Notes under the pieces: model-generated
What the model was told of the DNA's origin: nothing
The model's database searches: none
Seen by the model: the letters and a program-made list of their open reading frames with translations, nothing else
Program-made: the position numbers and the translations under genes
From: a virus
Direction: 5' to 3' (one strand)
Virus record (IMG/VR): IMGVR_UViG_3300020711_000298
Location: 36,981 to 100,980 of that record
DNA: 64,000 bases
In this document: positions 49,257 to 59,505 of the stretch, in pieces
Numbering within the stretch: position 1 is the first letter of the stretch
Layout of the letters: each line of letters opens with the position of its first letter

Positions 49257-49988
49257 ATGAAATTACTTAATATATTATTGGAAGTTTATAAAGAAGAATA
49301 TGAATTGAATCTTAAAGAGGGTTTAACTAAAACCACAGAAATAGGTCAAGCAGTCAATATTCTAAAAAAACAATTCCCTGATTGGATATTTCAGTATTAT
49401 AAAGGTGATAAGGATTTTACAATAGAAATTTTAAGAATAAAAAATGGTATTAACCTTGATTCTTTTGAAAAATTATTACCTTTATTAAATAATCTAAGTT
49501 ATTTTATTTCTTATATGGAGATATACGGTGATGATAGAGGCCGACGATTTGAAATTAAGGATAAATATGATGAAAAAATAGTTAAAAATAGTTTTCAAAA
49601 TCAAGATATTTATTCCATATATTTAGAATGTGAAGCCAAATTTGATCAAACTGTTAATAAAATACCTGAATTTTTATATCATGTTGCTCCTTTAAAAAAT
49701 TGGGAAAAAATCGAAAAAATAGGTTTGGTACCTAAATCAAGATCTAAAAAAGCTTTTCATCCTTATAGAGTATATTTAGGAAAAGATGAAAAAAATATAT
49801 TATCTTTAGCTCCAAAATTTTATCAAATTACAGGAATAAAAGAATGGGTATTATTAAAAATAGATACAAAATCTATTCCTGGAGATTATTTTAAACTATA
49901 TTATGATCCTAATTTTAAGTATGGGTTTTATACATTAAACAATATTCCATCTTACGCTATAGAAAAAATAAAAAATATTAATATTTAA
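49257..49988 (+). CDS. protein with C-terminal ADP-ribosyltransferase-fold (Tpt1/KptA-like) domain
   Basis: LYHVA..IEKIGLVPKS..RVYL..LLKID..DPN..NIPSYAI. Confidence 0.55.
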   Translation: MKLLNILLEVYKEEYELNLKEGLTKTTEIGQAVNILKKQFPDWIFQYYKGDKDFTIEILRIKNGINLDSFEKLLPLLNNLSYFISYMEIYGDDRGRRFEIKDKYDEKIVKNSFQNQDIYSIYLECEAKFDQTVNKIPEFLYHVAPLKNWEKIEKIGLVPKSRSKKAFHPYRVYLGKDEKNILSLAPKFYQITGIKEWVLLKIDTKSIPGDYFKLYYDPNFKYGFYTLNNIPSYAIEKIKNINI

Positions 49989-50003
49989 TTAAAAACAAGT
50001 TAT

Positions 50004-51308
50004 ATGAGTAAACCACTACTTATAATTAGCTCCCCATTTGACACATATTCAGGTTATGGAGCCAGATCAAGAGATCTTATCAAAGCTATTATTGAATTAG
50101 ATAAGTATGATGTAAAATTATTATCACAACGTTGGGGAAATACACCTTTTGGATTCTGCAAAGATAATCCTGAATGGTCATTTTTAATGGAATGTATACT
50201 AAACACTCCTCAGCTTCCTAAACAACCCGAATTATGGATGCAAATTACAGTACCAAATGAATTCCAACCTATAGGTAAATTTAATATTGGATGTACTGCA
50301 GGTATTGAAACAACAAATTGCTCTTCAGAATGGATTGAAGGATGTAATAGAATGAATTTAAATTTAGTTTCATCTAATCACTCTAAAAAAGTATTTGAAG
50401 AATCAAAATTTCAAAAATTAAACAAACAAACTAATCAACCTGAAGGGATACTTCAATTAGAAAAACCAATGGAGGTATTATTTGAAGGAGCATTAACTGA
50501 TATTTTTCAAACTATAGAAAAACATCAAATTGAAAATATTAATTTAGATTCTATTAAAGAGGATTTTAATTATCTTTTTGTAGGCCATTGGTTACCAGGT
50601 GATATGGGTGAAGATAGAAAAAATGTTAGTTTATTGATTAAAGCTTTTTATGAAACATTTAAAAATAAAAGCAAAAAACCAGGACTAATTTTAAAAACAT
50701 CTATAGTTGGTTCATCATATATGGATAGAGATGAAATACTTAAACGTATTAAACAAATTAAAAAAACAGTTAATTCTAAAGATTTACCTAATATTTATTT
50801 ATTACAAGGAGAATTATCTGATTCGGAAATAAATGAATTATATAATCATCCCAAAGTAAAAGCAATGGTATGTTTAACTAAAGGTGAAGGTTTTGGTCGT
50901 CCATTGCTTGAATTTAGTTTAATTAAAAAACCTATTATCACTACAAATTGGAGTGGACATATAGATTTTTTAAATAAAGAATTTACACCATTAATTGGAG
51001 GTCAATTAACACCTGTTCATCCAAGTGCTGCTAACCAATTTTTACTTAAAGAAAGCCAATGGTTTTCACCTGATCTTGGTCAAGTAGGATTTTATTTAAG
51101 AGATATGTTTGAAAATTATAAAAACTATCTTACAGGTGCTAAACGTCAAGCATATAAAAGTAAAACTGAATTTAGTTGGGATAAAATGAAAGAAAAAATA
51201 GATTCAATATTTACACAATATGTACCTGAATTCCCTAAAGAAATTAAACTTAAACTACCAGAAATTAAAAAAATATCATTACCTAAAAAAGAAGAAATAA
51301 ATGGATAA
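50004..51308 (+). CDS. glycosyltransferase (GT-B, GT4-like)
   Basis: SGYGARSR, FVGHW, DRKNV, GEGFGRPLLEF. Confidence 0.85.
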   Translation: MSKPLLIISSPFDTYSGYGARSRDLIKAIIELDKYDVKLLSQRWGNTPFGFCKDNPEWSFLMECILNTPQLPKQPELWMQITVPNEFQPIGKFNIGCTAGIETTNCSSEWIEGCNRMNLNLVSSNHSKKVFEESKFQKLNKQTNQPEGILQLEKPMEVLFEGALTDIFQTIEKHQIENINLDSIKEDFNYLFVGHWLPGDMGEDRKNVSLLIKAFYETFKNKSKKPGLILKTSIVGSSYMDRDEILKRIKQIKKTVNSKDLPNIYLLQGELSDSEINELYNHPKVKAMVCLTKGEGFGRPLLEFSLIKKPIITTNWSGHIDFLNKEFTPLIGGQLTPVHPSAANQFLLKESQWFSPDLGQVGFYLRDMFENYKNYLTGAKRQAYKSKTEFSWDKMKEKIDSIFTQYVPEFPKEIKLKLPEIKKISLPKKEEING

Positions 51309-51756
51309 TTTAATAACTTGCGATAGATGTAAAGGAGATGCTTGCTATGTTCAAGAAGTAAGCCCTGAAGTAAAAACATATTTTTGTTATGGATGTGGTT
51401 TTACAACTAACTCATTAATGAAAGAAGGAGAACAATTCTTTATAGAACAACAAGAAACACTCCCAGAAATATATAAAGTATTATTTCATACTGATGATGA
51501 AGGTAAAATATGGATGCCATCAGCTATAAATCTACCTAAACAAGGTATGGTATTTGCTAATGGTAATGCAGTTGATAATTGGAAATGGTCAGCAGTAAAA
51601 GCAATACCTGTTACTGAAGAAGAAAAAACTAAATATCCTATTCCTGGAAAGAAAAATCAATATTATGAATTTAGGATGGATATGAGTACTATAGCTCATT
51701 TTGATGAAAAGGATTATATGGAAGCGCTTTCATATATAGGTGTTTTACCTGAATAA
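51301..51756 (+). CDS. zinc-ribbon protein
   Basis: CDRC..CYGCG. Confidence 0.55.
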   Translation: MDNLITCDRCKGDACYVQEVSPEVKTYFCYGCGFTTNSLMKEGEQFFIEQQETLPEIYKVLFHTDDEGKIWMPSAINLPKQGMVFANGNAVDNWKWSAVKAIPVTEEEKTKYPIPGKKNQYYEFRMDMSTIAHFDEKDYMEALSYIGVLPE

Positions 51757-51759
51757 AAG

Positions 51760-51791
51760 TTTGGTTTTTTAAAATACTTTTATTATCTTTA
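51760..51791 (+). promoter_or_regulatory. Bacteroidota-type promoter (TTTG-N20-TATCTTTA)
   Basis: Exact consensus. Confidence 0.65.
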
Positions 51792-51800
51792 TAAAAAAAA

Positions 51801-52061
51801 ATGAATAAAGAACAGTATTTAAATTATCTCAAATCACTGAATGGAAATTTTGATATTCATATATTCTATGATTATTATAAAGAACATAATAAGAAAGAAG
51901 AATACAATTTCAGTATAGAAGATTTTAATATATGTTTTAACCAGTTTGCTAGCTTACGTGGAGTTAATAATGCTATAGCTACTGTTAAACAATATTATGA
52001 TATTAAATTTGGGATAATAGAAGTAAAAAATAAAAAAGGAATAATTATTGGTCGTTATTAA
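51801..52061 (+). CDS. hypothetical protein
   Basis: 86-aa ORF. Confidence 0.5.
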   Translation: MNKEQYLNYLKSLNGNFDIHIFYDYYKEHNKKEEYNFSIEDFNICFNQFASLRGVNNAIATVKQYYDIKFGIIEVKNKKGIIIGRY

Positions 52062-52070
52062 AATATAAAA

Positions 52071-52712
52071 ATGAAAATAAGTTACGCGATATTAACTCAT
52101 AATGAAGGTGAGTATATTAATACATTACTCTCCTTCTTAATAACAAATAAACGTTCTGAAGATGAAATTGTAGTTGTTGATGATTTTTCTAATGATGAAT
52201 TAACTAAACAAATTTTAGAAAAATATAAATCAAATATTAACTTACAATATAGAACATTTGATGGTGATCATACTCAAAAGAATTATTTAAATAGTTTATG
52301 TACTGGGGATTTTATATTACAATTAGATGCTGATGAACTAATAAGTAAAGAATTAATTGATTTACTCCCAGATATATTAGAAGCTAATCCAAGTTTAGAT
52401 TTATTTATTATGCCTCGTATCAACACAGTTGAAGGATTAACTCCAGAATGGAGTAAAAAATGGGGATGGAATGTAAATAGTAAAGGATGGGTTAATTTTC
52501 CTGATTGGCAAATGAGATTATATCGTAATTGTGATTGGGTTAAATGGGATGGTTTATTACATAGTAAAATAGTTGGACATAAAGAATTTACTACTCTACC
52601 AATAGAAGAAATTTTTTGTATATTACATCCTAAACAATTAGATCGTCAAATAACTCAAAATAATCTTTACGATAAAATAGAAGCTAACGGACGTCAAAAA
52701 TATAAAATATGA
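52071..52712 (+). CDS. glycosyltransferase family 2
   Basis: ISYAILTHNE, VVDDFS, LQLDADE. Confidence 0.88.
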   Translation: MKISYAILTHNEGEYINTLLSFLITNKRSEDEIVVVDDFSNDELTKQILEKYKSNINLQYRTFDGDHTQKNYLNSLCTGDFILQLDADELISKELIDLLPDILEANPSLDLFIMPRINTVEGLTPEWSKKWGWNVNSKGWVNFPDWQMRLYRNCDWVKWDGLLHSKIVGHKEFTTLPIEEIFCILHPKQLDRQITQNNLYDKIEANGRQKYKI

Positions 52713-53512
52713 TACTGAAAGATATTATAAATAAAAGTTATTACGGAGCTGTAGGGTATATTGAAAATGAAGAAGATATAATTCGTTTAGAACAATATAT
52801 TCTTATGAATTTATCTATTTTATCACAATTTAAAGGAATAATAACAGCCACTACATTCAACCAAAACAACCCAGATGAATTATATAATAAAGTACTTGAA
52901 TTATGGAAAAAATACTTCCCAGACTCTAAAAATATAAATAATGGTGTGAGTAGAGGACATAGTTTTGGAGCTGCTGATAATGATAATAGTATAATAGATT
53001 TTTGTAAAACTTATGATATAGATTGGGTTTGTAAGAGTGCTTATGATATATTACTGTTTGATGAGTGTCTAAATATAGAAATAGAAGAAGCTGATTTTTA
53101 TTATACAGAAGGTATTAGTAGACATAATATTTTAATTAGTAATTCTGATTTTGAATTTTTATGTAAACGCCATTTTTCTCCTCAAACTAATTTTTATTTT
53201 ATAGATGTTTCTAAGATAGATTACTTAAACAGTAAAAGCTACATAGATGAAAGTTATCTTTACTCACTCAAACTCCCAGAATATAATGGCAAAATATGGG
53301 ATTATATTGATGGGTGGAGTAATGAAAATCTATTAAAATATTGTGTTATTAGAAATAGATTAAAAAAATACCACCTGATAGATAATACAGAATATAAAAA
53401 GTTATATGACACTGTTATCCAATACGATATTTGGGACCCATCATGTAAAAATATAATAATTAAAGGCATATGCCATTACCATTTTTATAACCATCCAGTA
53501 ATAAAAATATGA
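52709..53512 (+). CDS. hypothetical protein, possibly GT-A fold
   Basis: Within glycosylation locus; weak GT-A-like pattern. Confidence 0.45.
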   Translation: MILKDIINKSYYGAVGYIENEEDIIRLEQYILMNLSILSQFKGIITATTFNQNNPDELYNKVLELWKKYFPDSKNINNGVSRGHSFGAADNDNSIIDFCKTYDIDWVCKSAYDILLFDECLNIEIEEADFYYTEGISRHNILISNSDFEFLCKRHFSPQTNFYFIDVSKIDYLNSKSYIDESYLYSLKLPEYNGKIWDYIDGWSNENLLKYCVIRNRLKKYHLIDNTEYKKLYDTVIQYDIWDPSCKNIIIKGICHYHFYNHPVIKI

Positions 53513-54018
53513 AATACAATTATAAAAAATTAAAAGAAGTACCTCTAATTCAACCTGATATATTCTATGACCATAGAGGAGAATATGTTGAAACATGGAA
53601 TTGCGAATATTATAAAATATTTGGAAACATTGAATGGAAACAAGATAGTTTCAGCTCATCAGTAAAAAATACATTACGAGGATTACATGGTGATTCAACA
53701 ACATGGAAACTTATTCAATGTTTAAAAGGCTCAATAGTATTAGCTGTTGTAGATATGAGACCAAATAGTGATACTTATTTAACACATGATATTTTTTATC
53801 TTAATGAAAAAAATAGACATCAAGTATTAGTGCCTCCAATGTTTGCTAATGGTCATTACGCTATAGAAGATTGTATATTTAGTTATAAACAATCAACCTT
53901 ATATACTGGGGCTCAAAATCAATTTACAGTTAGATGGGATGATCCTAAATTAAATATATTTTGGCCTTCCAAAGAACCTATATTATCATCAAGAGATAAA
54001 AATGCTAAACTAATATGA
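53509..54018 (+). CDS. rmlC: dTDP-4-dehydrorhamnose 3,5-epimerase family
   Basis: DHRGEY, TLRGLHG, VDMRPNS, VPPMFANG, WDDP, LSSRD. Confidence 0.88.
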   Translation: MKYNYKKLKEVPLIQPDIFYDHRGEYVETWNCEYYKIFGNIEWKQDSFSSSVKNTLRGLHGDSTTWKLIQCLKGSIVLAVVDMRPNSDTYLTHDIFYLNEKNRHQVLVPPMFANGHYAIEDCIFSYKQSTLYTGAQNQFTVRWDDPKLNIFWPSKEPILSSRDKNAKLI

Positions 54019-54965
54019 AAATTTTAATTACTGGAGCCGCGGGCTATTTAGGATCAGTTTTAATTGATCATTTGTTTAATAAACATAATGATATGTTTGA
54101 TAAAATAATAGCTGTAGATAATTTAATGTATAAACAAACATCTTTAAGTCATTATTGTCATCGTGATGAATTTGAATTTCATAAATTAGATGTTCGTGAT
54201 TATGATAAAATGCTTCCACTAATACAAGAAGCAAATGTTATTATTCCTTTAGCTTGTATTGTAGGGATGCCTGCTTGTAAAAAATATCCTGAATTAACAG
54301 TAGCAACTAATCAAGAAGCAATACAATGGTTAACTAAAGTTACTCGTCCTGATCAAAAAATCATATTTCCAACTACAAATAGTGGTTATGGAATAGGTCA
54401 AGAAGGAATCTATTGTACTGAAGAAACACCATTAACTCCTATTTCATTATATGGTGTAACTAAAACTGAAGCAGAAAAAGCATTATTAAATAATGGTAAT
54501 GCTGTTACATTTAGATTAGCTACTGTATTTGGAATGTCTCCAAGAATGAGACTTGATCTGTTAGTGAATGATTTCACTTATAAAGCATATAAAGACAAAT
54601 ATATTGTTTTATTTGAATCTCATTTTAAACGTAATTTTATTCATATTAGAGATGTAGCTAAAACATTTGTGTTTGCCATTCATAATTTTGATAAAATGAA
54701 AGACCAAACATATAATGTAGGACTAAGCTCAGCTAATATTAGTAAAAAAGAGTTATGTGAAACGATTAAAACATTTATCCCTGATTTTTATATTACTGAA
54801 AGTGATATAAATGAAGACCCAGATAAACGTAATTATATTGTAAGTAATAATAAATTGGAATCATTAGGTTGGTATCCAGAATATAGTTTAGAAGCAGGTA
54901 TAGCAGAATTACTTAAAGCTTACCCAATAATAGAAAATTCAAATAATAACTTTACAAACTTATAA
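54015..54965 (+). CDS. NAD-dependent nucleotide-sugar epimerase/dehydratase
   Basis: TGAAGYLGS, YGVTK, RLATVFG. Confidence 0.9.
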   Translation: MKILITGAAGYLGSVLIDHLFNKHNDMFDKIIAVDNLMYKQTSLSHYCHRDEFEFHKLDVRDYDKMLPLIQEANVIIPLACIVGMPACKKYPELTVATNQEAIQWLTKVTRPDQKIIFPTTNSGYGIGQEGIYCTEETPLTPISLYGVTKTEAEKALLNNGNAVTFRLATVFGMSPRMRLDLLVNDFTYKAYKDKYIVLFESHFKRNFIHIRDVAKTFVFAIHNFDKMKDQTYNVGLSSANISKKELCETIKTFIPDFYITESDINEDPDKRNYIVSNNKLESLGWYPEYSLEAGIAELLKAYPIIENSNNNFTNL

Positions 54966-54966
54966 A

Positions 54967-55566
54967 ATGAAAGAATCAGTACAAAACTTATTTGAAAGAT
55001 GTTTTAGTTTTACTTTATCTCCAACTCCAAGAGATAGTGATTGGCATTTAATGACTTTATTTTCTTTAATATTGCAAAATAAAAGTAAAAATATACTTGA
55101 GTTAGGTGTTAGATTTGGTGACACTACAGAACCAATGATAGCAGCTGCTTCATTAACTGAAGGAAAAATAACATGCGTTGATATTCAACAAACATTATGG
55201 AAATGTCCTGAAGATTTAAAAGATATTTATACTTTTATTAAATCAGATGCTATTAAATTTCTAGAAGAAGCAATTAATAAAGAAGAATATTATGATTTTG
55301 TTTATATAGATGATTGGCATACAGGTCCTCATGTCAAAAAAGAACTTGAATTAATTGATAAACTAACAGATAATAAATCAATAATTGTTCTTCATGATCT
55401 TATGGGATCTAATTATCAGCCTAATTATTTTTATCCAATAAATGAAACTCAAGGTGAATGGGCATATGGTGGACCTTATGCTGCTGTTAAAGAATTAGAT
55501 TTGAATAAATGGGAATGGATGACCATACCTGTAAATAATGGTTTAACATTATTAAGAAAAAAATAA
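54967..55566 (+). CDS. class I SAM methyltransferase (Methyltransf_24-like)
   Basis: ILELGVRFG, YIDDWH, VLHD. Confidence 0.8.
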   Translation: MKESVQNLFERCFSFTLSPTPRDSDWHLMTLFSLILQNKSKNILELGVRFGDTTEPMIAAASLTEGKITCVDIQQTLWKCPEDLKDIYTFIKSDAIKFLEEAINKEEYYDFVYIDDWHTGPHVKKELELIDKLTDNKSIIVLHDLMGSNYQPNYFYPINETQGEWAYGGPYAAVKELDLNKWEWMTIPVNNGLTLLRKK

Positions 55567-56460
55567 ATGGCTAAAATATTAATAACTGGAGCTACAGGAT
55601 TTGTAGGTAGACATTTAGTTCCTACTTTAAAAAAATTAGATCATGATGTTATCACTACTGGTAGTAATAATCTTCTATATACTTTAAATTGGAATAAAGA
55701 AACTAAATTAGATTATATTATTCATTTAGCTGTGAAAACAGCAGCTGGAGGATATTGCCAAAAACATCCAGGTGAACAATTCCTTATTAATTCAGATATA
55801 AACAATACTATATTACATTTTTGGAAAAATTACCAATCACAAGCTAAAATGATTACTTTTGGTTCATCTTGTGGGTATAATGATGATGTAATTAAATTTG
55901 AAGAAAATTATTTAATAGGTGAACCAGAATCAGGATATGAAGTTTATGGTACTATAAAACGTAATTTACTAATTGGGTTAAAAGCATTAAATCAAGAATA
56001 TGGGATGAATTATAGTTATTTAATACCATCTGTTTTTTATGGTCCTGAATATGATTTACATGATAAACATTTTATATTTGATTTAATTAGAAAAATAGTA
56101 AATGCTAAGAATGGAGGTGATAAAGTAGTATTATGGGGTGATGGTAACCAAACTAGAGAATTAATTTATATTCAAGATGCTGTTGATATAATAATTAAAT
56201 CCTTAACTTGGAATAAACAAATTTTTAACCTATCTTCAGGCAAAGCAAATTCAATAAAAGAATATGCTCAAACAATATGTAATATAGTTGATTATGATTA
56301 TAATTTAATTGAGTGGGATACCAACGCTTTTGTTGGCTCACGTAATAAAAATTTAATCAATCACCATTTATTAGATTATCAATTCACTTCATTAAAAGAT
56401 GGTTTATACGAAACAATAAAATATTATGAAAATAGAAAAATAACATGGGGGATAAAATAA
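55567..56460 (+). CDS. GDP-L-fucose synthase-like reductase/epimerase
   Basis: TGATGFVG, GSSCGY, YGTIK, LWGDGNQTRELIY. Confidence 0.8.
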   Translation: MAKILITGATGFVGRHLVPTLKKLDHDVITTGSNNLLYTLNWNKETKLDYIIHLAVKTAAGGYCQKHPGEQFLINSDINNTILHFWKNYQSQAKMITFGSSCGYNDDVIKFEENYLIGEPESGYEVYGTIKRNLLIGLKALNQEYGMNYSYLIPSVFYGPEYDLHDKHFIFDLIRKIVNAKNGGDKVVLWGDGNQTRELIYIQDAVDIIIKSLTWNKQIFNLSSGKANSIKEYAQTICNIVDYDYNLIEWDTNAFVGSRNKNLINHHLLDYQFTSLKDGLYETIKYYENRKITWGIK

Positions 56461-56490
56461 GTCAAAATAAAAGATTAAATTATAAAAATT

Positions 56491-57390
56491 ATGAATTTAA
56501 ATATGCTTAAAATAGGCATGGTTGTTGTTGGAAGAAATGACGGGTATAAAGATTTTGAACGTGGTTTAATTCATTTTAAATCAATGTTGGATACATTTGA
56601 TGAAATAACTTATATTGATTGGAATTCTCCTAAAGGTTCATTTTTATGGGAAATACAAGATCAATTACCTAAAACAGGAAAAATAAAACATTTTGTAATA
56701 CCACCTGAAGTTGTATCTCAAATTATAGTACATCCTCAAGCTCAACAATGTAATGAAGGATTAAGTAGAAATATAGGGATTAGAAGAAGTGAATGTGATT
56801 GGATAGTTTCAACTAATATTGATATCATCCCACCTAAACGTGAAGATTTATTAAAATTAATAGAAACATTAGATTCAAATACATTTTACACTATATCTAG
56901 ACGTGAAGCACCTAAAGATATAGTTTACAAATACGGACATGAAAACTGGAAACAACTTCAAGAAGAATTATACAATACTATCCCAGAAAGACATTTTCCA
57001 GCTATGGTAACACCTAATGATAAATTTAGTTTAATTAATTGTTGTGGTGATTTTCAAATGGCTTCTAAACACGTATGGGATAAAATAAAAGGATTTGAAG
57101 AAGATATGATATTTGCTTGTTTTGTAGATACTAATGCTCAAAAGAAAGCTATATTAAACGGTTTTGGATTAAAAGATTTATATAATCCACCTTTATTCCA
57201 TATTGAACATGGTGCTTATTATACTAAAGAAGATGGTACTAGAGTATCAGATCCTACTAATAAAGGATCATATACTGGTGATACAAAAGCATATAATGAC
57301 GCTTGGGAATATGTTGAATGGTTTAAAAAATCAAACAATACTAATGATTGGGGACTAGGTAATATAGATATTGAATTTGAAATAATTTAA
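56491..57390 (+). CDS. GT2-like glycosyltransferase
   Basis: VVGRND, IDWNS, RNIGIRR, TNIDII, GDFQ, HIEH. Confidence 0.65.
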   Translation: MNLNMLKIGMVVVGRNDGYKDFERGLIHFKSMLDTFDEITYIDWNSPKGSFLWEIQDQLPKTGKIKHFVIPPEVVSQIIVHPQAQQCNEGLSRNIGIRRSECDWIVSTNIDIIPPKREDLLKLIETLDSNTFYTISRREAPKDIVYKYGHENWKQLQEELYNTIPERHFPAMVTPNDKFSLINCCGDFQMASKHVWDKIKGFEEDMIFACFVDTNAQKKAILNGFGLKDLYNPPLFHIEHGAYYTKEDGTRVSDPTNKGSYTGDTKAYNDAWEYVEWFKKSNNTNDWGLGNIDIEFEII

Positions 57391-57400
57391 AATAAAAAAT

Positions 57401-57559
57401 ATGATTTACGGATTTTATAACAGAAATGATGTTAAACAAGAAATAATAAATCGCGCCATAACTTTATCTAGACTATCCGCAGCTAAAATATTTGCTGGAA
57501 GGAAAAACTTAGATTTAAAATCATTTTTAAAAATATATGGTATTAAAAAAATAAAATAA
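57401..57559 (+). CDS. small hypothetical protein (52 aa, not in ORF track)
   Basis: MIYGFYNRNDVKQE...IYGIKKIK fills the gap. Confidence 0.5.
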   Translation: MIYGFYNRNDVKQEIINRAITLSRLSAAKIFAGRKNLDLKSFLKIYGIKKIK

Positions 57560-57563
57560 TATT

Positions 57564-57941
57564 ATGAGTATAAAAAACTTTGGACAAAAATTAAAAATGG
57601 AAGAATCTAACTCAACTAAAGTGAAAAAAGAAAAAGAAATATTTATAGAGAATATTACTTTATTAGAACAATGTATTAAACGTGTAGAAGTTTTAATAGG
57701 TGGGTTCGCTGTTGATTTATGTAATTATGAAGATCCATTTTGGATGGTAATTGAAAATATGTTTTTATTAAAATATGGTGAAAATATTTATGAATTAATA
57801 TTCTGGTATTTATATGATAGAGTAGATGAAAATGGAAAAATATATCCTTTAATACTTGAAGAAGAAGGTAAAGAACCAAAAGAAATAAAAATAAAAACTC
57901 CAAATGATTTATGGAATTTTATAGAAAAAAATATTAAATAA
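57564..57941 (+). CDS. hypothetical protein
   Basis: 125-aa ORF. Confidence 0.55.
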   Translation: MSIKNFGQKLKMEESNSTKVKKEKEIFIENITLLEQCIKRVEVLIGGFAVDLCNYEDPFWMVIENMFLLKYGENIYELIFWYLYDRVDENGKIYPLILEEEGKEPKEIKIKTPNDLWNFIEKNIK

Positions 57942-57950
57942 AAAATAAAA

Positions 57951-58262
57951 ATGGAAACAACACGATTCTGTAAATGCGGAGTTCAAATACCTCCAGCGAG
58001 ATTAAAAATTTTACCTAATACTCATACATGCGTTAATTGTTCAGATGCTAAACCTAAAAAACCAGTTATAGTGCAACGTGGAAAAGGTGACCATACATAT
58101 ACTGAAACAGTTATTTTAGATCATGATGATTATGTTAAATATTCTGAAGAAGAAAATAAATTCAGAAAACGTACTATGCCTATAATACAAACCGATTTAT
58201 CTGAGATCAATAATAGTATAAATAATACTAAAACAACTGTAGATAATAAAAATAATGCCTAA
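57951..58262 (+). CDS. DksA/TraR-type C4 zinc-finger protein
   Basis: CKCGVQIPPARLKILPNTHTCVNC. Confidence 0.75.
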   Translation: METTRFCKCGVQIPPARLKILPNTHTCVNCSDAKPKKPVIVQRGKGDHTYTETVILDHDDYVKYSEEENKFRKRTMPIIQTDLSEINNSINNTKTTVDNKNNA

Positions 58263-58896
58263 AGCTCGTCCTTTAAGTAAAAATGAGATAGTAGCAGCTA
58301 TGGATAAAACTAAATCTGTTAGAGCTGCTGCTAGATATTTAAACTGTTCATATCAACATCTAAAAAAATGGATGGTGTTTTATGATGGTAAAGAAGGAGG
58401 TACTTTATTTGATCAACATAAAAATCAAAGTGGTAAAGGTATACCTAAATTTTTAAGTCATACTCCATTTGGTAGAAAAGTACCAGCTATATTGGATATA
58501 ATTGAAGGTAGAGCAGATCCATCTAATTTTAACCCTCAAAAGATTAAATATAGACTTATTGAAGGTGGTTATTTAAAGGAAGAATGTTATAAATGTGGTT
58601 TTCATGAACGTCGTTTATTAGATTATAAAATGCCTCTTATATTGCATTTTAAAAATGGTAATAAACAACATTATACTTTAAACAATCTTGAAATGTTATG
58701 TTATAATTGTTATTATCTTTATGTAGCTGATTTATACACTGATAGACAAATAGAAATAACAGAAGATCATGTTCCTGCTAAAGAAAAACAAGTAGATTGG
58801 GAAATAGATGAATATACTAAACAACGATTTAGAGAATTAGGTTTATATGAAAATAAACCCCCAGACGATGGTTCTGAATTTATATCGAGGGTTTAA
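58255..58896 (+). CDS. HTH plus HNH-like zinc-finger protein
   Basis: SVRAAARYLNCSY HTH; CYKCG..LHFKNGN..NNLEMLCYNC. Confidence 0.65.
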   Translation: MPKARPLSKNEIVAAMDKTKSVRAAARYLNCSYQHLKKWMVFYDGKEGGTLFDQHKNQSGKGIPKFLSHTPFGRKVPAILDIIEGRADPSNFNPQKIKYRLIEGGYLKEECYKCGFHERRLLDYKMPLILHFKNGNKQHYTLNNLEMLCYNCYYLYVADLYTDRQIEITEDHVPAKEKQVDWEIDEYTKQRFRELGLYENKPPDDGSEFISRV

Positions 58897-58916
58897 TATT
58901 TATAATAAACCATATT

Positions 58917-59075
58917 ATGAAAAAACATAAAAAACATGATGAGATTGTTCGTAATTATGAAAAACAAAAATCTAAACATCTTGAAAAACTAGCAACTAAA
59001 ATGCTAGATAATGAAGAAAAATTTAATAAATTAAAAGAAAAAGAAACAAGTTTAAAATTTTTAAATCTATTCTAA
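58917..59075 (+). CDS. small basic protein (52 aa, not in ORF track)
   Basis: MKKHKKHDEIVRNYEKQK...FLNLF behind TAATATTTATA. Confidence 0.5.
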   Translation: MKKHKKHDEIVRNYEKQKSKHLEKLATKMLDNEEKFNKLKEKETSLKFLNLF

Positions 59076-59411
59076 ATGGTCCCAGAAATAATAGTAAACA
59101 ATGATGATGAACTTCAAGATATGATAGATAATAAAGATTTTAAAATAGCTGAATCTATTATATCTTCTATTCTTAATAATATTAATACTAAAAAACAACA
59201 TATTCATGTATTATCATTTAATATATTAGAAGAAGATAAAACATTAGATATAACATTAGAAAAAAAGTTTTTTATAGAAACATTAGAAGAAAATCTTAAA
59301 TATTTTGTTGAAAAAGAAAGATATGAAGATTGTCAAAAGATAGTTGAAACAATTAATATATTAAAAAATAAAGAAAAAAATGGCAAGTCCCGCAAACAAC
59401 AACCCAAATAA
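59076..59411 (+). CDS. hypothetical protein with UVR-like C-terminal motif
   Basis: FVEKERYEDCQKI. Confidence 0.5.
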   Translation: MVPEIIVNNDDELQDMIDNKDFKIAESIISSILNNINTKKQHIHVLSFNILEEDKTLDITLEKKFFIETLEENLKYFVEKERYEDCQKIVETINILKNKEKNGKSRKQQPK

Positions 59412-59505
59412 AATAAGCTTTGGAGAACGAAAAAAAGGTAAAGCAAAAAAGTCTTATAACAAACATGATAGAAAAGAACGCAATTATAGAAGACAGGGAC
59501 GTTAA
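59380..59505 (+). CDS. small basic protein ending YRRQGR (41 aa, not in ORF track)
   Basis: MASPANNNPNKISFGERKKGKAKKSYNKHDRKERNYRRQGR. Confidence 0.55.
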   Translation: MASPANNNPNKISFGERKKGKAKKSYNKHDRKERNYRRQGR

